DNA from: Girardia tigrina
Lineage: Eukaryota
NCBI GenBank assembly: GCA_001938485.1
Contig: MQRK01224520.1
Coordinates: 19,783-83,782 of the forward strand
Reading direction: 5' to 3'
Length of the DNA: 64,000 nt
Shown here: piece after piece, positions 41,288 through 53,720 of the stretch
Numbering within the stretch: position 1 is the stretch's first letter
Layout of the letters: every line of letters begins with the position of its first letter
Program-made: the position numbers and the translations under genes
The notes under the pieces: generated by a model
What the model was told of the DNA's origin: nothing
Database searches by the model: none
Seen by the model: the letters and a program-made list of their open reading frames with translations, nothing else

Positions 41288-41790
41288 TTAACACTAGAAC
41301 GCCGAAGCGGTCATTTTGACCGCTTTTTTATTTTGGTCTGAATTTTTTAGGAAAGATATGCATGAATCCCTAGATATTTTATGACTTTTCCTATATTTAT
41401 GCGAAATAAAACATATCATGTGTTCAGGAAGATCCCATTGCGTATTTACGGAGAAAAATTAATTTTTACCTATAACGCCCATGCGGTCTTTTTTGACCGC
41501 TGGTATATTCTTCAATAATATTTTTCTTAAATTCATGATTTTTTTCAATGTACAAAACAAGTTTTACACGTAAAAACCCATACTTTATGCGAAACTCTGA
41601 TGAATATTGATATTTTACGCTCTCGCTATTCTTTTCCCTTTTTTTATCGACTATTGTCGTCAATAAAACAAGTTTTATACGACAAAACCTGCATTTTACG
41701 AGAAACACAGACGAGTATTGTCATGTCACTATCTCTCTCTTTTTCCCTTTTTCTCTTCGCTTATTTTCGTCATTAAAATATGCGTCATAA
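41288..41790. mobile_element. piggyBac-type terminus / non-autonomous fragment
   Basis: TTAA-CACTAGAA start, a duplicated GCGGTC..GACCGC palindrome (41307, 41483) and an approximately 110-bp tandem duplication at 41555-41780. Confidence 0.55.
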
Positions 41791-42599
41791 GCAATGACAA
41801 TTTTTAGAAATTTAAATTTTAAATATATTGATTATTGATTTCTCTGCTTTATTGTTTCATATTAATCACAATTATAATTACCAATTCGGAATTGTACACA
41901 AAGAAATCGTACGATTCTGAAATTTAAATAAATATTTTCTTTTATTTAAAAAAATTTTTATATTTAAAATTGTGATAGTTTAACTATTCTGTTTTCAATG
42001 CTTTGAAAATATTTTTGATTTTGTTGTCAGTAGGCATATTGGAACTTGGTTTTTACTCAATTAATTCGCATCATGCATGGAGCTGAAGACGTCCTCTATT
42101 TGAGGAATATTTTAAATTTGTTATGATGAATTTTGTGTTGAGTTCAGCATTTGGAAATGTGTTTCTCCCACCCAGATGGAAAATTCGTATTTTGGATGTT
42201 CACGATGAATAGTTATTCGAGCATAGTTTGCATTTTAAATTTCAACATAAGATATTAAAAAAACCTTTAAAATATTAAATTGTTTAAAATTTTAATATCA
42301 AAATTTAAATAAAGTAAATAACTTTTAACTTATTTTTAAATAGATTATATAAATGTTTTTTTCTTTAAATAAAATTATTTTTAAAATTAAATTAATTTTT
42401 AGATCAAATTATTACCGAAATTATAAATGTAGAATTTTTAAAATAAAATCTGAAATGATTTAAAATGAAAATTTGTTCGAATAATTGTTTATTACAAAAA
42501 TTTATGAATTTAGAAAGATGTCAAATTCTGAAAACTTGACTGAGAGTTGTCCAAAAGACGATTCAAATTGTAATGAAAATAAATGTTCGAAAACCCATA

Positions 42600-43010
42600 T
42601 TGGTGTTCTTAATACTCTACAAGTACGATTGGATACAGTCCGACGGAAGTAATTTTAGGGAAACGATTGACTCTTGAAGGATCTCGACATTACGAGTTGG
42701 ATAACAAGAAGATCATTGATGAAATTAAAAAATTAGAGATAGGAAAACCAGTGACAACTACAACAAAACGGAATTTTCAGATTAGAGACTGGGTATTAGT
42801 GAAAATAGAAAATCGACAAAGGTTCGGATCGTTATGGGGGACCTTATGAAATCATTTGTAAAGAATATGATGGGTACGTGAAGATGCTGAATAAAATAGG
42901 TCGAATAATAAACATAAATATCGAATGGCTGAAGCCTTTTAAAGAAGGGGGGTGTAAGGATAAATAATTATATATTTATATTATCTTTATTATACTAAAT
43001 ATATTACAAT
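42600..43010 (+). mobile_element. Gypsy integrase C-terminus, PPT and 3' LTR start
   Basis: IGYSPTEVILG..., FQIRDWVLVK, PYEII and NIEWLKPF. Polypurine tract aaagaagggggg is followed by TGTAAGG at about 42953. Confidence 0.78.
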
Positions 43011-44413
43011 AATGGATCCAGAATATTCAAATGAATCTCTTGAATTTGTTTAAATAATATTAACAACTCGTGTAATTTTTAAAAAAATTAGGAAAAAAGT
43101 TTGTATAAAACAAAATTCAGCCGAAAAATGAAGACACCGATTTGGTTCCATATAAAAAAATTAAGCAATAAAAAAATAGGTAAAACAATTTGGGCGAAAA
43201 AAAATTTGAGCGTAAAATGAAGACACCGATTTTTAATCACCAAATTCAAATTATTTTATACCATATTTATTTAGTATTTAAATTACTTATTTTGTTATAT
43301 ATTTTTTTACTTTATTTAAATTTACTTATTTAATTTAACTTTATTTAATTAATTATTTTTATTAATTATATTTTTTATAATTTACTTACGAATTTTCCTA
43401 AACTAGCAAAATGTTCGGTCAAAAAATAATTTTTCCGCTCCAATTCGGGTGATGAGAATTGCACGTTGTTTGCGTAGGAGGCAAGCGTTCGAAAGTACAA
43501 TGGATTTCGGTAATTTCGTTTTATATTAATTATATCTGCACCCTAAAACGGAGCTTTAGATGTCGTGTTTGGAGGAACAAAAATTTTAAAATCTGTTAAC
43601 ATCACAACATTAGGATGTTCAGGAAACCAATCTAAGATAAGTGAAATTTATGATTCTTTGAATTCATCTACTGATTCAAAGATCTTAAAAATGTTATTAT
43701 GATAACTTTCTATCTACGCTTTAATGTTGGTCCTATAAATTCAAGACGGGTAGTCTATATTTCAAAACTCCGTTTCATAATTTTTCTTAGACTAAGTAAA
43801 GGAGACATTCGTCAGTGACTATTTCAAATTGTGGTGTGAACCGTTCGTTACTTTACACCAATGCTACTAATGCATTTACTTAATTAATAATTGAATTTCA
43901 TTCTATTAAACTTTCGATATACTAATTCTTTAAGAAAAAAATCTACTTAAAACTTTATAAACTTTTAAAATTAATCTTTTAAATAAAATATTGTAAATTT
44001 CATTATTATATGATATATCCTTTTAAACACTTGTTTTTAAAATAGGTACATAAAAATTTTTTAAATAATATTAAAATCCATTTTTTTGTTAATTAAAATT
44101 TAAACTTATTAGATATTAGTTATTATTTTATTCATGTTCTTATTCGTAAATACAAAGAATACCAATTTTTATTAGGGTGGGAGAATCACCATTCTAAGTT
44201 TAACATATTCAAATAAACATACGATATTCACATACAATTAAAATATTCAGCACACTTAAGAAATACCCGATTAGAATTTTTTAAAAGCTGCTTAAATACA
44301 TCTTAAAAATCATGCTGACATTTCGGATTACGCATAATTGGATTAGACGAATTAGATTAAATTCAAAATTGACTTTATAATTTCTATTAAACACTACAAT
44401 GAAAATGAAATAC

Positions 44414-44621
44414 CTCTCTAAAATAATAGAATCCGCGACCCCAAAGTGTTCAACATCAGGACAAGATTCTTTAAAAATTGGATCTTGACAGATGGGGATT
44501 TTGCATTCGCCAATAAATTGAATAATGTTCGGATGGTTTTGTAATTTAATTAAAAATTTGCTTTCTGTTTCGAGACAATCAAAGCCATATTTATATGGTT
44601 GTTTTAATATAATTTTAGATT
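44414..44621 (-). CDS. PINK1: PINK1-like Ser/Thr kinase, exon A (beta3 Lys, alphaC Glu, HPNII, insertion-3-like loop); 5'-partial gene
   Basis: Acceptor ttttttcag at 44622-44623 and donor gtattt at 44412-44413. Translates (E)SKIILKQPYKYGFDCLETESKFLIKLQNHPNIIQFIGECKIPICQDPIFKESCPDVEHFGVADSIILE(R). The phase-2 end (AG) joins the G that opens the next exon. Confidence 0.8.
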
Positions 44622-47429
44622 CTGAAAAAAAATTCAAATTTAACAACTACATTATTAAATTACAAGTTAATTAAAAATATATGTAAATTTAGACGAAGCT
44701 TAATATTTAGATTATTAGATGAATATTTTGTAACTGAAATATATTTTTCAAAATGACGAATTTCGTTTTCCCGCAGATTTTGGCATTCTAGTTTTGAGTT
44801 TAACACCCGATTTTTGTTTTTATTTAGGGAACTCCTAAATTTGTTGCATTTGAATTATTGGGATCTTAAGTATTAGGTCAACAACAAAAGTTAAATATTA
44901 AATCGTGATATAAAAATTTATTTTAGGAAAAAAACCTGTTTAAAATTAGACAATATGATCGAAATTCTAAAAATAACTCTGATCGAAATAATACTCTATC
45001 AAATTTTTGTTAAATGAATCTCCTTACAAACCAGCACCAGGAATCAAATGATGATAATCTTTATAATAACTGTAGTAAACTCATATAAATTTAATATTGC
45101 AACGATCGACTGTTTATCGGAAAAACAAAAAGACGGAAAATTCAAATATTATACAGAGCCTATGCATATAATTTCCACAGGTTAAACTCTTATGGATGCC
45201 AAAAGAAATTGCATTGTGGTGGAATGGGCGAATATGCAAATGGGATATTTAATCTTACAATTGACAACTCAACTAATTGATTGCCTAATCCCGCAAAGTT
45301 AAAATCACTAAATGCTAAAAACATGATAAAATTCAATGCACAAGATTCTAAAGGAATGTCACAAACTGAAATCATCGGAAGTTTCCTATCATCCGTCGAC
45401 AAAGGTAAGGTAAATACTTTAATCAAATTATTCAAAAATACATTTGAAGAATAAATATATATGTGTGTGTAATTATTTTAATTTTTATAAATAGCTGCTG
45501 TTTATATTGATATTAAATAAAATTTATATGTTATTATAAAAAAACGTTTTATTTCTATTTAATCCATGCAACAGCTGTACGCAATGCTTGATTTAATAAA
45601 TTTGCACTTGCTATTTCTCTAAATTTCTTTGCTGGATGATAATTATTTTCAACTGTAGTAGATTTTCATTGACCAACTCGATTTCGATAGTCAATTCACT
45701 CGTTTAGTTTCTCTTTCTACCTTTTGAATATCGTTCCATGTGGTCCTCGCATCCTATAAAGCACTAGACTTTTTAGGAGGCCTAAGACGCTTATGGCTTC
45801 AAAAAGCAATCCCCAAACTGGAGATTGACATGCCTAAGCTCCGCCGGCGAACCGGTTTCGCAGCACCACTCATAACGATTAGAAATCAAAAATCATTGCG
45901 ATGCAATCGACCACTCGACTGCAGGGTCACAACTCCCCACAGTCATGACACTCAGTTTAGGTAAGCTATAGCCTTGTAAGGGGATTGCAAGCCCACTGGT
46001 ACTACAATATTCTGTCGACACAGATATAGGCTAGCTTCAGACACTTGAGCCTAGAGACGGAATCGAATCCATTCTAGTTTCCAAGGGATATTACGTGGAA
46101 GTATGTCTGTCTTGCTCGCACAGGGAACCCTGTATATGTAATACATTCTCTTTTTCATTATTTATTAAATTAAAGTGTTTTCATATTTATGGTGTTTCGG
46201 TCAAACGACCGATAATGCAAAAACTGTTAAAAAACTTTTTAATAAATGATTTATTAATTAAATTAAACAAATAGTGGAAGAGAACACAATTTCAAATGTT
46301 AATGTTTTTGAATAAAAATTATGAACGTTTTTTTATATATTTTCAACCAATATTGAATATTATTCGTCACTCGGATGTTTTTACCCGATTACGATATTGA
46401 CGGAAACCGCACTGTGCGGCAACGGTCCCAATCGGTCGGATTACGTGCGCCATCGCCTCGCACAATTTGGCGACGCATGATGGATCCCCAAAATCTCACT
46501 GGTCACACACTCGGGCCGTGTTTCAACGAACGGATCGGTATCGGCGTTCACAGAAGCGGAACCGCCGCGAGCAGATCGCGGGACTGCCATCCCATGACAT
46601 ATCGACCGATGATCACCGGATCCGATCGGCAACCCGACGCCGTCGAACCGACGCGGCGATCTAACCGGGTACCAAGTCCCGGCACATGTAAGATGCACAT
46701 GTCGCCACTCGGTCCGGCTGCCGGCACCACAATATTAAATTGAGAATTTTTAAGATTAAATTGAGAATTCGAATTGTTGTATTAATATTTTTTCTGAATA
46801 CATTTAATACCATTTTGTGCAAATTTAAGCTTTATTATAAAATTTGGCAAAGTTAACATGACATCAAATAACTTTAAGGATTTAATTTCAAATTAATTGT
46901 TGTACAAAAAATAATACATCAATCTATTTATAATTTTAGAGACAATTGCTAATATGCCAGTCAAACATTCTCTAGAAAGATCAGCAAGACGGAAACTTTC
47001 TGATGGAGAGAATGTTAATTTTCGAACTTTCGCCGATATTCACACCTCTGTTGTCTTTTGAAAATGAGTCTATACTTGTCCATTGTTAGGAGTCTTAGGA
47101 AATAGTTTAAAAATTTTTGAAATAATAATTGAATTCAAAGTATCATTTTAAAATAAAAAAAACAAATCAAGAACTAAATAAAGTTATGTTAACTATGATA
47201 AATTTTCGTAAATTTAATTAAAGAAAATTTATTAATCGTCAGAAATAAAAAAATTTAAATTTAAATTTTAATTTAAAAAATTTTTAATTAATAATATATT
47301 TATTTTTATTATACCGGTTTGAGATTTGTGAAATAAATAGTTCCTCAACATTAAAAAAAATAAAAGAATTTAATTTTGATTAAATTTGTTTAAATAAAAT
47401 GTATTAGACATTTTTTGTAGATAAATAAA

Positions 47430-48617
47430 ACTTGAAAAACTGATGTCAGCTTTTAATATTGATAACGCGGAAGATGTTCCAAAAATCTCTAAAATCTATG
47501 ATACACAGTCACAAGATCAGCGTCGAATGATTGTATTCAGCAACAACCAACTCAAGACCATTGCTGAACAATAATCTTATTTCCAAATGGATGGCACTTT
47601 CAAGATAGTGCCAAAGGTATACAACAATTTTCTTAAGAGCCATGGCCAATTATATACCATTCATGCAAAATTCGGCGAAATATATGTTCCCGGTGTTTTA
47701 TACATTGATGGCGAAAAAAGCATCATTTGATTATGTCCGATTATTTGATATAATTGAAGATGAAATCAATTTTAATCTTCAAAAGGTAACATGGAGCAGT
47801 CAGTAGTTTCTGCTCTTTTAACAAAATATCCAAATTAATTGATTAATGTATATTTTTTCATCAAAGTTAATAGCATGTCTATTAAGTATTCTGATATGTC
47901 ACACATATCATTTAGAAAAATACTTCACCAAGTTACTTGTTTTGCATTCGTACCAATAGAGGATATTACAACTGCATTTGATGAGCTTCAAACAGGGCTT
48001 CTGTTGCAGATCTAGAAAGCTTTATGGGCTATTTTGAAAGTAGTTTTATTGGCAGAAGATTAGGTGGACAAAGAAGCTTACCAAGACATCGCATTTGTCA
48101 ATGGAACCAATACGACAATGCTATGAATAATCTTAATAAAATTAACAGCAGTGTTGAAGGTTGGTATCATGCCTTATCACGAATTTCAAACTGTGATCAC
48201 CTAAATTTTGAAGGTTTTTGGAAGTAATTAATATGGCATTAATATGTAAAATTCAAGAGTAAAGATTATCCAGGAAAATACTGGTATTGCACCAAATCCA
48301 TGAAGAAATAATTACTTTCAATTAAATGAAAGGACAAGAAGAATTGACTCCACATATAATTCAGTCAAACTATTTCAATATTTATCAAATCTTAGTTTAA
48401 TATTTCAATTCTAAAAATAAAGTTTAGTTATTTATTATGTTATTTTTAATTTATATGTAATATCTTACATTAATATCAATTATGCAAACTTTTACAATAT
48501 GTTCAAGTGTTCCAAATTTTGTTGTGAGAAATTTTAAAGTGCCAAGTTTTACAATATATTCGTCTGTGCCAAGTTGTCCCTTTGCCATTTTGATTTTTGT
48601 CCATTAAGCAGGTAATC
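47430..48617 (+). mobile_element. MULE/Mutator transposase pseudogene, third copy
   Basis: FQMDGTFKIVPK, QLYTIHAK, FAFVPIEDI, YFESSFIG and NSSVEGWYHAL. Terminal GTGCCAAGTT-type subrepeats at 48505-48600. Confidence 0.82.
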
Positions 48618-49269
48618 ATTTAGAGGTAGTGTCTGCCTCACAAAAGAACAACCTTAAAGCGGTGCGCAAACCTCTTGCTGCAGATTATTTCTGAAATGGA
48701 ACCCATCGCCCGATTCCATTTAACCTCTAACCTTAAAGGACTGGTAGGACATATTTCAGTATCCATTTTATAGAGAATAATTAAAACAATTTTAAAAATA
48801 CCTATTAAGAACACCAACATGTGTTTTCGAACTTTTATTTTCAATACAATTAGAATTGTCTTTTGTACAACTCTCAGCAAAACTTTCGTAATTCGACATC
48901 GTCCTAAATTGATAACTTTTAGTTAATGTTTTTTAATAAACAATTATTCGAACAAATTTTTCATTATTTTCAGATTTTATTTTTAAAGTTCAAATTTTGT
49001 AATTTTAGTAATAATTTTATTTACATATTAATTTTATTTAAAAAATGATTTTATAGAAAGAAAGAACATTTATTTAATTTAAAACTTAGGTAAAACTATT
49101 TACGTTATTTAAATTTTAATATGAAAATTTGAAACGATTTAATATTTTTAAAGTTTTTAAATATCATATGTTGTACATTAAAATGCAAATTATACTCGAA
49201 TATTATACCCCTAACCCTAACCCTATTTATCGTGAACATCTAAAATATCATATCAAAACAGGCTGGAAT

Positions 49270-49996
49270 GCTGTTCAGCAAATCTTAACCTCTGATGAGC
49301 ATGGAGATAATTTTTTGAAGAATATTATCACTGAGGATGAAACACTACTGTCATTGTATTTTTCAGAGCCTAAAAGAGAATCAACTGAATTAAAATTTCC
49401 GGGTGAATCTGTTTCCAAGGAGCTCCGATCTGGCATATCCCATCGGAAATCCGTCATGCTGAGCATTTTCTGGGATTGCACTGATGTCTTCTTAGTCAAT
49501 ATTTCTGGAAAAGCTGTTCACATAAACTCCACGTACTATAGTGACCTTATTCAGAAGTGCAGACGTGCTCGACGAAAACTGCGTGACTATCCACTGTGGC
49601 TATTACAAAATAATGCTCCTATTCACAAAAGTGCTGAAACAATGGAAACAATTTCGAAAGTGGATTTGTGTTACTGGATAACCCTCCATACCATCCGGAT
49701 CTCGCACCGAGTGATTTTTACCTATTTAGTAACAGGAAAAGACATTTGAGAGGCAAAAAGTTTGAAAATGCTGATATTCTGTGTCAGTGCGTGGAGGATT
49801 TGATGAAGGAGCAGCTACCAATTTTCAACAAAAATGCTTTCTTGGAACTTGTTGATCGTTGGAAGAAGTGTTTAGCTCATGAAGGGTCTTCAGTTGAGAA
49901 AAAAGTACCTTTATATGATTAGAGTTCCTGTGTTGTAATATGAGGTTCCTGTTTTTTTGCTTTCTTCCTTATTCCTGGTACTTATTGGGCACACAA
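49270..49996 (+). mobile_element. mariner transposase remnant, 5'-truncated
   Basis: FLKNIITEDET, VMLSIFWD, LLQNNAPIHKS, PPYHPDLAPSDFYLF and LVDRWKKCL. Right end tacttattgggcacac followed by TA repeats. Confidence 0.88.
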
Positions 49997-52039
49997 ATAT
50001 ATATATATATATATATACATATGAAATTTATGTTTTTTTGTTTATCTGAACCATTATTTACTATTGTCGACCTACTGTAGATATTATGAATTGAAATTTA
50101 ATTACGTGACAAAAATATTGTGATCCTGTTTTGTTGATTAAATTATTTTGTGTGCAAAATTTGGGCAGAATAAATCTTTTTGTCGTCATGTCTTCGGATT
50201 GATTCCATTATTGACTAAAGAGGAACATATTTTCAAATGGAAATTGCTTCTTTAGGCCCAGGAGATTTCGCATCCAATTCAAACGAAACCATATAAAAGC
50301 GACAGGCAAGCGATAAAATGTTTTCAGAGATTGTTATTCGAATCTAATCATTATTCATGTTTAAATTTGAGGATTAGTTTGAATTAAAGTGATTAGTTCC
50401 AATTTTGAATCTGAATCTATGTGTCTGACAATCCTCAGAAATTCCCGTATAAAGGCACGAAAAATGCTGCATAAGAGAATGTTATTTATTTCACGATACC
50501 GATTTGTCTGATGAATTGATGAAACTTTGTCAACATGAAAGTTTTTAATCCCTGCACGGTCACCTAGAGACCACTGGAAGTCTGCAAACCAGTTTAAACC
50601 TCATATATCTTGGTAAAACCGATTCGAAAAGAACAACATCTTTATTGACGACAAAAATTGAGCCATAAAACTACTGTTTGAAACAGAAACCAAAACCCAT
50701 CAGTAAATTATTATGTTATTTGATTGGATTATAATCCTACCCCAACCTTTTTTGAGCAATAGACTATTTGGCTTAACCCTCAATTAATCAAGCCATCAGT
50801 CGACGATGTTTTTTCTTCATCAATCATTGTAATTTTAAAAAGTCACAATATTCAAAACGTAGTTTAATTATGTATATCGTAACACAATGTTCCTTCGAAG
50901 GTGTGCACTAGCATATAAATTTTAAAAAGTTCGTGTATTTAAAAATGTGCATGTGCGCATGAAAACGAGCCCAGGCACTCGATCAAAAAATTGGAGAACA
51001 TTGTTGGACATTGATGGACTTGTAGATAATACTGTCAAAAAACCAAAAAATAGGATTAGAGATATACAACTGGATATAACTGTTAGAATCAAATTATTTC
51101 TTCAAAACATGTTCTTATTTTATTTTGTGTGTAAAAAAGATTGTAAATAGTACATACGATTGATATGATAAAAAACACTGGACGGATGATTAACTTAAAA
51201 TTAAGTATCAAGGAAAATTGAAATTAATATTATAATTGTTTAAAAGAATAAAAAATTTTAAAGTTTTCATAATCTGTGTTTATTTTAGTAAAAATTGATT
51301 TATCAAATTATGAACCAGTGGTCTTATAAGTTCTACAAGATATGTTCTACAATACATACCAGTTTCTAGGAATAGAATGCAAAAGATGAAATGAGTGAAA
51401 AGTCATTATTTTTAAAGACATTACACAATAATGGAAGAAAAATCTAAATTTTTCACATATTTCGGATCAAGTAATACGAACAAAATTAGACAATGTCCTA
51501 GAGATTTATGATGAATGTGTCAAGAGGAGAACATATATTTAACTGAATGAAGTTTTTGTTAACACCAAAGTAAATGACGTATGTTTATCAACTGAAGACA
51601 AACTGTACCACCTACAAGTTAAAATCAAAGAAAAAGTTGGATAGTCAGTAAGTAAAGTTACTTTTAAGTAAACGATTCACCCATCAAAGAGGCAAAAATT
51701 GATCACTGGATTAAATTAACCATCAAAATTAAAATGTGATGAACTTGTACCATATAATAATGGCGCTGTATATGAAAACGGTAAACATGAATATGAAATC
51801 ACATAAACGTTGCAAACCACATGGTCATATCCACAAGCATATCAACAAATAAAGCTGCTAACATATTTAAAAAATTATCACGTGATAGTATTGACATTTT
51901 AAGTCCAAGTTAAACAGCAATTTACAAACCAACATTCAAAAAGGCTGCAAAATGAAAGAGAAATTGATATTTATGAAACATTAGCCCTTACATTTCGATG
52001 ACAATAGCCAGTGATTGCGAAGTAGAGAATAAAAGCACG

Positions 52040-53720
52040 TGTGTCAGCTAATTTTTTTGTCGATAAACTTTCTTTAAATTGTGTCTATACAATGGCCTTA
52101 AAACAACGAACAAGAGTGGAATTGAAATTAGCTGATAAAGTGAAGGTTAATAGAAATAGCAAGAAAACCACTGTGCGAGCTTTAGCGACTCAGTTTGGCG
52201 TTGGAAAAATTCAGATATCGGAGATCCTGAAACGCAAATAGGTAATAAAATGAAACACTAAACTGTAATTATTGGAAATAAACTAGTCAATTTTTATTGG
52301 TGTATGCTGTATACAGAAAGTTCTTGATGGATATGGAAACAACATGAACACTGAAAGTATTCGTAAAAAACAAAAGACTGAATGTCAGCAGTTAAATGAC
52401 TTGATTTGGCAGTGGTTTTGCAGTTGTCGAGAGAAATTTTTACCTATTTCTGGTCCTATGGTACAGGAAAAAGCACTAAAATTTTCTCTGCAGCTTGGGA
52501 CATTCAATATTAAAGCCTCGTCGAGATGGCTGGAGTAATTAAGAAGACTCATAATATTCGCTGTTTTGCTGTTACTGGAGAAAGTGGTGATGTTGATATG
52601 GCTGAAGTAAAAGATTGGAGTCAGCGTCTTAAATATTTATGTTAAGAATATGCGCCAGAAAATATTCTGAAAGCTCATGACACTGGTCTTTTTTATCGGA
52701 TACTGCCTAACAAAACATTGACAGTCAAGGGCGAGAGGTTCCACTGAGGGATTTAATTCATTGTCGAAAAGCCTGTACTATTAATAGATTAATTCTTTTC
52801 AATATTTACTCTTTCAGGTAAAATAGCTAAAGAGACTCAGCATACCTTTGACTGTGAGCATGACTGGTGAGAAGTTCAAGCCACTAGTTATCGGTAAGTC
52901 AAAGACTCCACGCTGCTTTAAGAAAGTGCAAAAAACTTCCCGTTGATTACCATGCCAACCAACGATCATGGATGACTTCGTCAATATTCCTTGATTACTT
53001 GGTGAATCTACTCATAATGATGAAAAAATGCAATGATGACAATGCTCCTTGTCATCCTCTTGACTTACCACACATGTCAAATGTGGATGTAAAGTTTTTA
53101 CCTGCCAATACGACATCAAAACTCTAGCCTTGTGATCTTGGAATCGAACGCATGATGAAATCGCATTACAGAAAGCAGCTCCTCCGTTCAATTATTGCAC
53201 GAATGGAAACCGCTTCAAAAGCCTCTGAAATTGTCAATACTATAAATGTACTGGATGTCATTACTTGGCTTGATTATGCGTGGAATATGGTGAGTACAGA
53301 AACAATCAAAAAATGCTTCGCAAAAGCAGGATTCATGAAATGGAATGCAGAAGACAGCATGAGTAAAAATGAAGATTTTGACACTGATTTTCAAAATCTT
53401 CTGCAAGCTTTAGCAGCTGATGTTTCAGTCAATGAATATCTGTCGTCATCGGATGAAAACTTAGCAACCGATAACACAACCTCTTTTGAATGGGAAAATG
53501 ACCTTACTATTAATCAGACAGAGACAGCTGCAGATGAGTCAGATGAGGAAGAGCCACCAGTTTTGGACGGTTTGTCACTATCAGCCAAGAAAATCATTCA
53601 ATTTTCTGTTCGTCTGCAGCAACTCGCACTTAGCTTGCGTAGTATTGGTGAAGAAAGAGTGGAAATCTTTAAAATAATATAAACAAACTGTTTTTTGAAA
53701 GTTCAGAATGAAGATTTTAA
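52040..53720 (+). mobile_element. pogo/Tigger (HTH-psq, CENP-B, DDE_1) transposase pseudogene with two intron-like inserts
   Basis: VRALATQFGVGKIQISEILK, WF..CRE..LPISGPMVQEKA..F, KASSRWL, TGLFYRILP, KPLVIGKSKTPRCFK, DNAPCHP, FLPANTTSKL*PCDLGI and AWNMVSTETIKKCFAKAG. Confidence 0.92.

Noticed and set aside
50508-50535. CTGATGA...GAAAC motif
   Set aside because: Stem II has only 1 bp and stem I is unconvincing.
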